In this document: positions 49,761-63,006 of the stretch, in pieces
Layout of the letters: the number at the start of each line of letters is the position of its first letter
Position numbering within the stretch: the first letter of the stretch is position 1
Assembly (NCBI RefSeq): GCF_964355755.1
Contig: NC_092673.1
Location: forward strand, 9,486,001-9,550,000
Direction of reading: 5' to 3'
From: Antedon mediterranea
Taxonomy: Eukaryota; Animalia; Echinodermata
DNA: 64,000 nucleotides
Made by a program: the position numbers and the translations under genes
Notes under the pieces: generated by a model
Database searches by the model: none
The model's input: the letters and a program-made list of their open reading frames with translations, nothing else
Told to the model about the DNA's origin: nothing

Positions 49761-52680
49761 CTGCAAAAAAAAAAAAACAGCAGGTGTAATAGTGAAAAGC
49801 TTTAAAGATATATCCTCCTGAAAGAGATTTTTAAAAATGTTTTCGTTTAATATACCATTTTCAGTTCACTTTGACAAAAAATTGGGTTAAAAAATGATTT
49901 ACCTGAAAAAAACTGTAGTTTAATGAAAAATAGTCAAATTGAATTTTTGGTTGAATTATTTTATCATTATGTAATCCGATATAACACACAGACAACAGAT
50001 TCAAGTAAAAGATATGGAACTTTATTCACTACTATATACAAGAGAATTTGAAAGGCCAGGTGCAGGCAACACATTTCTATTGATCATACATTCCAATAAT
50101 TATCGATCTATATTTTTCACTATGTTTCATAATTGTTTGGATTTTATTTGTGTTACATGAGCTTGTTTAAAATAAGCACGTTTAAAATAAGCACTTTGTT
50201 ATCAGTGGGGGGATAGTTCAAATTACACAGTAAAATCTCTATTCGTTCGTACACAATCTTGTAAATAGAGAGGCATATTTAAAAAACTGTGAAAAATAAA
50301 CGGTGTGGTAAAAAATGTTATTAGATGACTAAATATAAGTAATATAACTTGAATTTTACGTTTCTATTTTTTTTTTCATGCTATAGCAAAAATTATCCAC
50401 CGTATATCCACCATCTTTTTTCACCTAACTACTGAAAAAAGTCTTCCTGGTTTTTATAGCAGAATTTTGACTAATTTTGTATTTTAAGGGAAATGCATGT
50501 TTTTTGTCTTGATTTCTATTACAAATATTATATTTAAAATTCATGCCTCTACCTGAGCTTTAAGACTGAGATCTATCTTATATCCTTGTGTTTGCTAGTG
50601 CACTATACTGTAATTGAGAATCTGCCACATAGATGATGCTGACTATGTGTTGGCCTTGTACAAGCCACTAAGCTCATTAACCCTTTTACTGCGGAGCATT
50701 ATTCCCACCTCTGTGCGTAATATATTTAAGAAAAACATGATTATTTTTGTGGTGTGTGATGGGCAAAAGGTTAGTCTACAGTTAGGTATAAAACAAGAAA
50801 TATTTCTTACAAAAAACGCTGCTCGCTTATTGAAAAATATTTTTTATTTCAAATGTTTTTGAATGTGTCATTTTATTGTCACATAATAGATAGTTATTTT
50901 ACCTGAAAAAATGTAATTTAAAGCAACAAATACTTAAATTGTCTGTCAGACAATGGTTTTTGGGTTTCTTTTCATTTTTTATATGTGAATAAATATTACT
51001 TTTTTTGTTACAGAAGTGAATACTCAATTTCTGTCACTTTAGTTAATTTTATTGCTAAGTTCAAATCTGGGGGTCACTTCATCACCCTAGATATTTCAAT
51101 TGTGAAGTATCCTATTACAAACACAAACTTTAATGGACTGTTTCGATAATAATTCAATGAATATCTGACACTGACAGTGAATATAGGGATTTGTAATTTT
51201 AGCATGACATGTCCTAATAGACTCTTTCCCAGCCGTTTGTTGGGTCTACTGTAGCAGCTGGAATCAATAAATCATAGTGGAGTTTCCATTTTTTAATGGG
51301 ACGTAGCGGGCTAGAGCAGCAGCGTGAAAAAAGTAATTTGCATATTGATGACATCATTTCATGTTTTTTATCGAATCAATGATAAAAACTATATTTTCTA
51401 TAAGAAATTCTTATGGAATACATTTTTCCAACTGGATATTGATGAAGATACGTATAACAAATAAAAATATAAACTAAATTGAATTATTTTTATTGTTTTA
51501 TAACAATTATGCACAAATCAAAGTTTTGGGGCAAAATCGTAAAAATAATGACATAATTATGTGTAATTATTTTAACCAAAAATGGCGTAGTTAAGACAAT
51601 TGTCGACTGTGAGGCCTCAAATTGTTTTACTTCTTTCGTGGCTAAAAACGATCATTTTCAGCGATGTTTTATACCCTATATTTCAAAAAGTCAGATTTTC
51701 GTAATTCTTTCTTTATTGTAATATTAATACAACATACTAACAGATAATGTTTAATTTGGTTTTAATTTTGCATCGTAATCCCTATAAGACAACATGACTA
51801 TTATGCAATCCTAGAACATATTGATCACCACCATGTTAGACCGGGCGCCCGGAAGATTTATTCATGTGAAAAGATACAAAAGGTTTGATGATGTAGTTAG
51901 GTGCGTATTAGGGCGAGATGCAATATTCGAAATTGCTGCCGGGTCACAGCCTGTACATAGGGCCTGTGGGGATCATAACATAGGGGGTAAACTTTTTTGG
52001 ATATCATTCGCAGTGGGCTAATGATTACATCACCAATGACAGCAACTTTATCCTGTACGGGGCGCCAAACAGCAACATTTTAGGGCCACGCCCAAATGGG
52101 TTTATTCATATGAAGCGATACAAGGTTGAATCTTTTTTTAATCGCAGCAGTACATATTGGGGATGACAAAAACACCAATGACAGCAACTTTATCCTGTAC
52201 ATAAGCTCAGACAGCAGCCCTAAAGGTCCGCAGTTTCCCCCTATTCGGCTATATACTCGGCGCGTATGTCGTCTAATGGCGTTCAGCTGAGTTAGAAATA
52301 CGTGATACGGACTCGGACTGACAATAAATACTGGTAAGGTATAGATTAGACTATCGATTACACACTATTACTGTATTTTTAATTCAATTTAAATTTAAAA
52401 AAAGTAACCGTTTTCATGTGAATTAGACTGATAAAAACCAACAAATAACTTAATCTGCCAACATTTTAAACATCGTTACTTGTCCATAATGGATCGACTA
52501 CTGTATCGATTACTGCACATTGTTTTACTTTAACTGAAACAAAGTCAAATTTTTAATTGTTACTGTACTAATATTAGACAGTGATATCTGATAAAAGGCA
52601 ACATTAATTAATATTAATAATACTGAACCAAATTAAATATCGTTACTTATCCACAATGGATCGACTACTGTATTGATTAT

Positions 52681-54256
52681 TAGGTGATCATTTAGAATAA
52701 AATGATCACCTATTGTTATTGTACAAAATCTTTATTGTTATTATTATTCTTCTTTCTGTACACTTTTTGTGTAACAAATATCTCAAAAAGTTGAATAACA
52801 ATGATCACAAAAATTTCACAATGTCTTTCAAATACTTTAACTTAGCCCTAATAAGCTTTTCAGCGTGATCACTCACCTGTGACGTCACGTATACGCAATT
52901 TTGTGAAATCACATTATCAATCATATCTCCATAATTAATTATCACATAATAATGAAATTCAATACACGTAAACTTCAGGTCAAGAGTAAAAATATTAGCA
53001 AATAAAAAATGCACGTGCACGTAGGGTCATGCGCACGAAATCGCACGTTAAAAATTTAAAAAGGTCAAATTAAGTTTTGATCAATTTAGAGCATGAATTA
53101 GGCCATTTGCGTGTTTCAAAAAATTACTGCGCAAAAAAAAATATTTGCGCGCGCGATACTTAAAAAGCGTAAAAAATACGATTTTTTTATACAAATCGCA
53201 TTCTACTCACCATCCTTAGTACATTCACCAAATTTGAGTCAGTTCCGACTTAAAATAACGCTATACGAGCAGATTAAAAATGCCAAAATGCGCAAATTAA
53301 TTGCATCAAAGTGATGAAAAAGGTAAAAATAAAAAATAAGGCCTTTTTAAAATGAATATAACTCTTCAGAATGGCAGGTGACCCCAATTTTTTTAACTTA
53401 TTATGGAAGCCAATAAGTTGTAGATATAAATATATATACACATTAGACGTTTAAAATGGTATGACGTCATCAAATGGCCACTTCAATTTAAAAATTAGTA
53501 ATATTTATCTTTTTGTATGTGTTATCACATTCAATAGAGCGCCTCTCCGTTATTTTAGCTCGATTTTTGCAGACATTTTAGTATGTGCTTGCACAATTAA
53601 TTATCTTTCTCATGAGTTGTCAACATTTTATTTTGATGACGTCATCACGCGTAAAAACTTGAATAACCAAGGTCTTGTAATTTCAGGTACACCATACATT
53701 TGAATATCTTATAGCTCTTCTGAATTAAAGTTGACCTTGATGTTTGTAACTTATTATGAGAGCTGATAATATGTAGATATGAATTTATTTAAAAATTATG
53801 CCTATCGGATGTTATAACGTTATCATATGGCCAGTTGAAGTTAAAAAGTAGTTTTTTCATTTTTTTCGTCAAAGTTATACAAATTTTAAAGAGCGCGCAC
53901 CGCGCTTCTACGTGTCAAATTCTCTTCCAATCCTTATATTTTTTTGCTCAATTCATTATCTTTCGAAATTGTCATCTTCGAGTTTATTTTGATAATTCCA
54001 TCATACCAAAAAATTAGAACATGATGTGGGTCCCGTAATTTCACCTATGCTACACTGTATATAGATATACAGTATATACTGTACATAATAGGTACAACTC
54101 AGCACTATACGTGTATATGCATCATGTCATAGGATGGCGTACATCAGCTTTTTACGATCGTATGTTAACGTACGTGCATGTTTAAAAAATGTTAATTTCA
54201 TTAAAATGATAAAAATGATCACCTATAATTCGTCAAAGTGACGAATTAAATTCTAG
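52681..54256 (+). mobile_element. Complete non-autonomous Helentron (same family as 27974-29460)
   Basis: 5' TAGGTGATCATTT-AGAAT-AAAATGATCACCTA, a T-rich tract, and 3' AAAATGATCACCTA-TAATTCGTCA-AAG-TGACGAATTA-AATTCTAG. Inserted at TT of GATTATTGCAC with no TSD. Confidence 0.88.
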
Positions 54257-54620
54257 TTGCACATTATTTTACTAACTAACATAAGAAAGTGATATCTGAT
54301 AAAACGCAACAAACTGAATCGAATTAAATATCGTTACTTAACCATAATGGATCGACTACTGTATTGATTATTGCACATTATTTTACTATAACTGCCCAAG
54401 TCAAATTTAAAATTGTTACTGTACTAACATTAGACAGTGATATCTGATAAAATGCAACATACTCAGGACCAAATTAAATATCGTTACTTATCCATAATGG
54501 ATCGACTACTGTATCGATTATTGCACATTATTTTACTATAACTGCCCGAGTCAATTTTAAAATTGTTACTGTACTAACATTATACAGTGATATCTGATAA
54601 AATGCAACATATCACATATG

Positions 54621-54973
54621 AGTGAGTCATATGGCCGAGCGGTTAAGGCAGGGGCGCCGTTTACCGTACCTAAAGAGCCAACAACAACATCGGCAAGGGT
54701 TCGAGGCCGACTCGCTCCTAGTTCTGGTGGTGGAACAAGTCTTCTCGGATAAGGACTATAAACCGTAGGTCCAGTGTACACAGTTATAACCTGTGTGTAC
54801 TTTAAAGAAACCCAGTTCATTATTCAAAAAAGAGTAGGGGGTTACCCCGGTGAACTGGTTCACACAATAGCCCCTGTATCAGGGGGATTACCACCTATCT
54901 GATAGGACAGTGATTAATTCACTATTGGTAATCCTTGGCCACATTGCCTAAAGACATACAATAAATAAATAAA
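54621..54973 (+). mobile_element. tRNA-derived SINE with Deu/Nin-like domain
   Basis: A box TGGCCGAGCGG, B box GGTTCGAGGCC, central TCGGATAAGGACTATAAACCGTAGGTCC, (AAAT)n tail. AACATA occurs on both flanks. Absent from the mirror arm. Confidence 0.85.
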
Positions 54974-55615
54974 AACATACTCAGGACAAAATTAAATATT
55001 GTTACTTATCCATAATGGATCGACTACTGTATCGATTATTGCACATTATTTTACTATAACTGCCGAAGTCAAATTTGAAATTGTTACTGTACTAACATTA
55101 TACAGTGATATCTGATAAAAGGCAACATTAATAATACTGGACAAAATTAAATATCGTTACTTATCCACAATGGATCGACTACTGTATTGATTATTGCACA
55201 TTATTTTTCTCTAACTGAACCCAGGTCGAATATTTTAAATTCAATGTAACTACCGACACACTGTAAAAGCACAATTGAGCAAAGACATCGAGGTTACTGG
55301 CTGTATGCATTAAATAACTGAATATTGTACATTCATCATATTCCATTGTTACTAGCTAAAAAGAATACACGATATAATAAAACCAATAGGGGCTATTGGA
55401 TTTCTTTTTACATGATTTGTGACAGCGTCATTTATAAATTTGATTATATCACACTGTAATGATACTGGATTCTGCTTGCCAACTATCTATGGATCAAATA
55501 GTTCAGTATTTACATTTGATATATTATACAATATTTACTTCAAAACTGTCAAATGTTTCATGTAAACGATTAAAAACTATTAAATCAGCCGTAATGCATA
55601 ATCTTTTTAGTTTAT

Positions 55616-56132
55616 CTATTCGTCATCATCACAGTCACTTTCACTGTCATCACTCCAAGGTTGGTCATCATCGATTTCAGCTTCAAAATCTATTATTTCA
55701 AGTTCTTCATCATCAGTTTGTTCCAATATTCCTGCATCAGTATCGTCAAGAACTTTGTTCCGAGTGTGGATCACTAGTCAACGGATCTGGTAGAGCATTT
55801 CCATCAAACCATTTCGGTACATACCTTCCATCACCATTATCAACCCATCCATAGTTTAATGGGCGTAGGTTTTGTGTTGGCTGAGGAGTATGAGCGTGTC
55901 TCCACATAATAGATACATAATTTGCCCTCAACAGATGCTGAGTGATTGTGATTTCACATGGTGGCAATGACGAACAGTTGATCTTCTTGACTTTCTTCTT
56001 TCCAGTTGTCATTTTGCGAAACGATTGGTACCTGGCCTCATTAATACTGTTCATGCTTTTAAACCCATATATCTTGCATACATAGGCAGTGACTGCGGGT
56101 TTGTCCATCCTGTCACCACAAAGCGATCGCAA
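55616..56132 (-). pseudogene. C-terminal fragment of an Academ transposase-associated (XPG-like) protein with a frameshifted acidic tail
   Basis: YVCKIYG..INEARY..LPPC..QHLLRANYVSIMWRHA..P..YGW..PKWFDG..P is a motif series typical of Academ proteins. A shifted frame continues ..DDDQPWSDDSESDCDDDE*. Confidence 0.75.
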
Positions 56133-58618
56133 TGACTTGCCTTTGCGGTAAAATCCAGTATCATTACAGTGTGATTATAATCAAATTTATAAATGACGCT
56201 GTCACAAATCATGTAAAATGAAATCCAATAGCCCCTATTGGTTTTATTATATCGTGTATTCTGTTCAGCTAGTAATGGAATATGAGGAATGTACAATATT
56301 TAGTTATTTAATGCATACAGCCAGTAAACTCGATGTCTTTGCTCGTTGTGCTTTTACAGTGTGTCGGTATGCAAAATATTCAACCTGGGTTCAGTTGGAG
56401 ATAAGTAACGATATTTAATTTGGTCCAGTGTTATTAATGTAACAATTTTAAATTTGACTTGGGCAGTTGGGCAGTAAAATAATGTGCAATAATCGATACA
56501 GTAGTCGATCCATTATGGATAAGTAACGATATTTAATTTGGTCCTGAGTATGTTGCAGATACCACTGTCTAATGTTAGTACAGTAACAATTTTAAATTTG
56601 ACTTGGGCAGTTATAGTAAAATAATGTGCAGTAATCAATACAGTAGTCGATCCATTATGGTTAAGTAACGATATTTAATTCGATTCAGTTTGTTGCGTTT
56701 TATCAGATATCACTTTCTTATGTTAGTTAGTAAAATAATGTGCAATAATCAATACAGTAGTCGATCCATTGTGGATAAGTAACGATATTTAATTTGGTTC
56801 AGTATTATTAATATTAATTAATGTTGCCTTTTATCAGATATCACTGTCTAATGTTAGTACAGTAACAATTAAAAGTTTGACTTTGGTTCAGTTAAAGTAA
56901 AACAATGTACAGTAATCGATACAATAGTCGATCCATTATGGACAAGTAACGACGTTTAAAATGTTGGCAGATTAAGTTTTTTGTTGGTTTTTATTATCAT
57001 TCTAATTCACATGAAAACGATTACTTTTTTTTAGTACCCATAGTGTGCAATCGATAGTCTAATCTATACCTTACCAATTCTCTAAGTGATTATGTTGAAT
57101 TCGAACTATTATTTACTTTACTATTATGTTATGTTATGTTAAAAAATGTTGCAAATTTAGATTTCGTTGCCTTTTTTCATATAGACATATCACTAGTGTC
57201 TAGTGTGTAATTAAAACAATATTTAAATCGAGTTATAATAATAATGTACACTAATAGGTACCGGTGTCAATCATTATGAGTGTAATTATTTAGTTTATCT
57301 GAAAAATATTCTTAAATTATATTATTTTGATCGAAATAATGATTTTGATATAATATTGATTGTTCAAAATGTTATCCTAAAATACAAATCTGCTGTTGGT
57401 TATTTTTAAGTGTTTTTATTGGTGTTATTTATTATTCCAAAATAAAGATATATTTCAATTATAAAATAAAAGTCACTCGTTATCGTAAATGTGTTTGTAT
57501 TATCGACATTGTTGACCACGAATGGAGCAAAAAAGAGAGAAAGAGAGAAAAAATGATTCATACTTCATGGATAAACCCATTTTGGGCGAGTTCCTAAGAG
57601 TTTGATGTTTGATGATTTGGTACAGCAAACAACTGCTCTCTTTATTTATTGTTTTATCATTCTGCTGTGTATTTATTGTCAGTCCGAGTCCGTATCACGT
57701 ATTTCTAACTCAGCTGAACGCCATAAGACGACATACGCGCCGAGTATATAGCCGAATAGGGGGAATCTGCGGACCTTTAGGGCTGCTGTCTGAGCTTATG
57801 TACAGGATAAAGTTGCTGTCATTGGTGTTTTTGTCATCCCCAATATGTACTGCTGCCATTAAAAAAAGATTCAACCTTGTATCGCTTCACATGAATAAAC
57901 CCATTTGGGCGTGGCCCTAAAATGTTGCTGTTTGGCGCCCCGTACAGGATAAAGTTGCTGTCATTGCTGATGTAATCATTAGTAGCCCACTGCGAATGAT
58001 ATCAAAAAAATTTTATCCTTGTATCGCTTCACATGAATAAATGCATTTTTACCCCCCTATGTTATGATCCCCACAGGCCCCATGTACAGGCTGTGACCCG
58101 GCAGCAATATCGAATATTGCATCTCGCCCTAATACGCACCTAACTACATCATCAAACCTTTTGTATCTTTTCACATGAATAAATCTTCCGGGCGCCCGGT
58201 CTATGTACAGGTAATGACACTAATTTTGTCGGTAAATAGCTTGGTAGGCCTTAACCATCCACAACAGGACATTCGACACAAGCTAAGTAGTTAAATTGTT
58301 TCTCACTTTTTATAATATTTAACCATAAAACGTAACATTCGGTTTAAGACAAAAGTAATAATAATAATATAAATGCATTATTTTTACAAACGTCAATTGT
58401 AGGGACAGTGTCTTCAGCTTACAGTATGTCATGTCATAGCAACTATTTATGTTTTTTTTTTTTTTTGAGAATTTTTAACAAGGTGAAACTTACTGACGTT
58501 TTGCGAACATTCATTCTCATGTGCAGTTCCATTGAAATTCTCAAATTTCTATTAGAACCAGAATTAATTTCAACATTATATAATTATGGTTAGGTTCAAG
58601 ATGTTCTATTAAACTCAC

Positions 58619-58835
58619 TTTCTTGTATTTTCAATGTGATCAGTGTGTGTATCAGGTCTCTCATTTTTTGAAATGTATCTGGTAGTAACCATCCATCACG
58701 TTCATCGCAACTTTGCTCATATCCATCATTGGCATGTACAAATTTCTGAAGTTCATCATCTTTAAGATCACAGACTTGATAATACATTTGATGAAATGGT
58801 GGAAGAATATCTCTTTTGAATATATGATGATTTTC
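58619..58835 (-). CDS. GTF3C5: General transcription factor IIIC subunit 5 (TFIIIC63/tau95), penultimate coding exon
   Basis: Encodes HIFKRDILPPFHQMYYQVCDLKDDELQKFVHANDGYEQSCDERDGWLLPDTFQKMRD. This matches the recalled human sequence YIFREGALPPYRQMFYQLCDLNVEELQKIIHRNDGAENSCTERDGWCLPKTSDELRD. Splice sites are ttacag| and |gtgagt (phase 1). Confidence 0.92.
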
Positions 58836-59695
58836 CTGTAATTTAAGCAAAAACTAGTTTACATAATTACTTTTTTTATAGTTACCTATCGAATAATTAT
58901 TCTTTGCTGAAAGTATTCAGTACGCTTTGCCCATTGATAATTTACTAATTATCACCATCAAATACTAGGTCTATAAATATGTTAAATGGCCTTAAATAGA
59001 TTTGAAAAAATCCTCTTTAATAGTTTGTTTATAAACCTCAAAAGTGAGGCATTATAGTACATAGCCTATGTAAATATGTGAACGTGATTGGTTAAAACTG
59101 CATCATATTATGACTAATGCTGCGAGGATCGTAAATCGTTTATGTCCCCGAGTACGATGATATTAAGTGAGTAATTTTTGCGTGATTATTGTGTCCCTGT
59201 CAATAAACATATAAAATCCAGTAAATACTCGAGGAGTTTGATATTGACTGTGCAATTTACATGTGGCAACACTCGCAAAGTCATCTACTGGGACTCAAAC
59301 TCACGAAGATTAGTACACATCATCAAGATAACATGCCGCGCCACGTAACTTGCTTGAAGAAATAATTCAACTAAACTATTTAAACTATGCATAAATACGG
59401 TGAAAGACTGTTTATGATTCGTCAATAGTCACAGTAGTAACCTGGTATGCACTGCACCCTGAACATCCAGTGATTTGGCTTGAAGAAGACGAATTATTAT
59501 TTATTCGGCCTACCTGATAATAATAATATTATTAATGTAGGCTTATTGATGGAAATTCTTCTGTTAATTTAAACGACCTAGGCCTAAGTGAATATTTTAT
59601 TGCCAAGGAATCATTAATTAGTAATTATCTGTATATTATTCTTCGCAAGTGAATGCAACGCCTAACTAGGCAGGCTTATTACAAAGGAGGCCTAG

Positions 59696-62647
59696 TAGTC
59701 CGGTCCCTAAGGGGAAATGATGTTACCATTGATAGAACATGATATGGAGATACAAAAACAAAGTTACTGGAAATCTGATTTGACCTCTGTGACCTCTGAC
59801 CTCAATTTTTAGGATTCTATCTTAAACAGCCATATGTCGGCAACGGATTTGACAATTGAAATGGTATTGGTGTCAAATATATCAGAGGGTACATATTTAT
59901 ATTCGCTCTAATAGAAGTTTTTCAAAAAAACGACCGGAAATGTAATTTCTCGATGTTTTGACCTTGGCTTACTATATCTCAATAACTACTGGTCAAATTT
60001 TCTTGAAATTTGTTTCAAATTGTTAAGAACATACATATTTATATATACTCTAATTAAACATGTTCTTCCAAATTCACAGGAAATGTCATTTACTGACCTT
60101 TGACCTTATGTCTGTATCTCTGTAACCAAATGTCATAAAAATTTGGTGTCAAATTGTTCAGAATGTAAACATTTATATTAGCTCTAATAGAAGATGTTAT
60201 CATATTTTTACTGGAAATGCCAGTTATCGCAGTTTGAGGTATGACCAGGATATACTGTTAAGCGTGCGTGTGTCATACTTATGATAATATACCTAAAATA
60301 TAGATTTAATGAACTACATTCAATATCCTATTTAGTTTACCTTTTAAAATTTTCTTAAAATTTAATTTTTAATTTAATTTCAATATATAATTCCATCGCA
60401 TGGTAGGCCTACACCGTAAGAGCAACACTTAATATCAACATAAAATTAGATAAACTTAAAGTTGATTAACATTAAAAAAACAGTAGGAAAATCAAGATCT
60501 TAAAGAAAGAAAAGAAGAATTAACCAATCATAAAACATATGACCTAATTACCAATTCATTGCTTGAAGTACGCTGAAAAAATGAAATGTTGAAAACAGTG
60601 AGGAAAAAGCGAAGGAAAGAGTGAAAAATAAAAACATATGCTTAAAATATTAGAAATCTGAAAAGGATCAAAGCCAAATTAATTACAAAGCCGATTTCTT
60701 TTCAAGAACATACTGTAGAGTGGAATATAAAAGGAAAACGAACCAGTGAGCAGTCAAAAAAAATTACCATGTACTCTTGTAGAGAAAGTGAAAGAGGCTG
60801 GCAAATGCAAGAAAACAAAGCTCCAACACTGATGATGAAGATGAGGCAATAACACATCCAGCTCATAACACTATACAACAAAATCTTTGAAACCAGAAGA
60901 AATGAAGAGAAGCAATGATATACTTTAATCCACAAAAACATGACAAAACTGACATCAACCATTACCGACCAAACAAACATTATCACATGTACACAAATAA
61001 TTTACAAAAGTAATCAAAAAACAAAATCAGAGACCGACTAGAAGTAAATAAACCAAGACATAAGGCTTCATACAGTAGGACCATCTTATACAGTTTGTCA
61101 ATCAACTAAAATAAAAAGGAACTGAATATCACCAAATCTTTGATTTAGAGATTATCAGAAAGCATTTGACTCAATAAAACAGGCATTACCCTATTAGAGG
61201 GAATTATTATACCTCAACAAATATTGATTACGATCGTTCAAAGAGAAGTTAAGGAAGATTAGTAAGACAAGGCGACACTTAAGATCTCCACTGCCTTGGA
61301 AGAGATGTTTAATCAAATAGCTAATCTAAAAAATAGAGTAATATCACTTATAAAAAGACAAAATAAACAGTTAATTTAACAAAAACCACATTAACTTCCA
61401 GCCTATTTTTTGCTTTGAATTTTTTTTGGGTTATGCACTATATCATTTTTTTTCAATCAAATTTTTGGTGAAATAGTGAATAACTATTATGTGACATTAA
61501 AATTGCATATTCAACAAAAATATTTGTAAAAATTACTTTGTCAGAGGTAAAATAAGTATATCTTTAATAGCATGTGATATTATTAGCAAATATTTCAAAT
61601 GTAGTTTTGAAACTTTTCCATTACAAACAATTGCCATAATTCTGATAACATTACAATACACCCATCCTCTGGGACATTTTCAAATGTAGCGAAAAACCTT
61701 TCCAGTACAATTCCGGCCATTTTGATGTGTATAGATGCATGCAGTATCATTGGAATAGCGAGAGAGGGGGAGGTGGTTGGGGTGGATGGAGAGACACATA
61801 TTTTTTACATGTTTGTCTACACTATCAAACTAGTTTAACAAAAAAGGTATGATGTGTCCAAATATGGTAGTGATATGTCATTGTGTCTATATATGGGCAC
61901 ATCAAATTTTTTTGTCACATAAAGTTTTATAGTGTAGATAGAGTTTAACATTTGTGTAACATGTAAAAAAATATGTGTCTCTCCATCCACCTGCCTTCTC
62001 TTGCTCTCTTTTTATAGATTATTTAGTTGCTAAATATATGCAAAACGATGGGTCATAGCTCAAATTGACATTTCCAATTGAATTCTGACAAAATTTATTG
62101 TTAGAGCAAGTATAAATGTGTATATTCTGAACAATTTGACACCAAACTGAACTTTTTAGGACAAATAGTTACCGAGATATCGACATATTCAAACATTAGA
62201 GGTCAAGGGTCAAAAAAGTTTAATTTATGGTAATTTTTTGAAAAAAGTTTCTATTAGACTAAATATTAGATTAATTTTCTTAACATTTTGCGTGTTATTG
62301 AGATATTAGGCAATCAATGTCAAAGGTCAACCTGAAAAATAAAGCCTTTGCGGCCATTTTTGTACAATTGTTTTCATTAAAGCGAATATAAATATACCGT
62401 ATATCTTCCAAGCATTTTGAAAAAAAAAATTAATTTAAAATGTCCATGCGTTGTCAAGATATGGCGATTTTTAGTTATATAATAGAAAAATATAAAAATT
62501 GAGGTCAGAGGTCACAGAGGTCAAATCAGATTTCCAGTAACTTTGTTTTGGCATCTCCACACTATACTCTACCAAACTGCTATGTTGAAAAATTTGTATC
62601 CAGTCCGGTAACATCCCACCTCTTTTTCTCCCCTAGGGACTGGACTA
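59696..62647. mobile_element. Second Academ-like non-autonomous element with long TIRs, in the preceding GTF3C5 intron
   Basis: TAGTCCGGTCCCTAAGGGG / CCCCTAGGGACTGGACTA termini with a 3-bp TSD TAG. Near-perfect inverted block at 59755-59811 versus 62493-62548. Confidence 0.8.
60540..61320 (+). mobile_element. Highly degenerate RTE-like LINE fragment inside the Academ element
   Basis: Remnants DHL..VNQL and DYQKAFDSI. Confidence 0.5.
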
Positions 62648-62881
62648 TAGCTACCCAACCCAGTAGATATCAAGGATGTCAAATCTTATATTTTACCTCT
62701 AAGCAGGCGATTCCTCATCCTGGTCCACATATCAACCACAGAAAAGAATGCTAGTTTTTATTATTCTTTTTATCATATGTACAGTATCTATAAAAATTCA
62801 TTAATAGCAAGATGCTAGCAAATTTTTCGCAGTCACTTGTCTCTTCTACCTTTCAAAAATAAAAATGTTAAAAAAACTTAC

Positions 62882-63006
62882 AGGAAGCTTGGATAATCTG
62901 CAGGTATGGTTGTAACGCCTTGAACTAAATAATGAACGTGGAAGTTTGGTAGAATTATTTTCTGCAGCCGCTTTAAATGCAATATCTGAATTGTAGGTTC
63001 TTGCAG
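62882..63006 (-). CDS. GTF3C5: General transcription factor IIIC subunit 5, internal exon (poorly conserved linker)
   Basis: cattgcag| and |gtaagt on the minus strand. Encodes ARTYNSDIAFK..RLSKLP and joins the next exon in phase 0. The assignment rests on position and phase. Confidence 0.6.

Larger units (their letters stand above)
52460..56960. repeat. ~150-bp subterminal tandem repeats of the Academ arms (direct in 52460-55230, inverted in 56400-56960)
   Basis: The unit core ATATCGTTACTTATCCATAATGGATCGACTACTGTATCGATTATTGCACATT recurs about 6 times on the left and 4-5 times on the right. Confidence 0.85.
51837..58203 (-). mobile_element. Academ DNA transposon derivative with ~2-kb inverted arms (foldback) in the last GTF3C5 intron
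   Basis: TAGACCGGGCGCCCGGAAGA.. / ..TCTTCCGGGCGCCCGGTCTA termini with a 3-bp TSD TGT. The arms mirror inward to 55471 and 56152. Confidence 0.85.

Noticed and set aside
58494-58548. Extra GTF3C5 exon candidate (KFENFNGTAHENECSQNV, gtaagt donor)
   Set aside because: Its open frame starts in phase 0 while the upstream exon ends in phase 1. Direct splicing from 58619 to 49760 is in frame.
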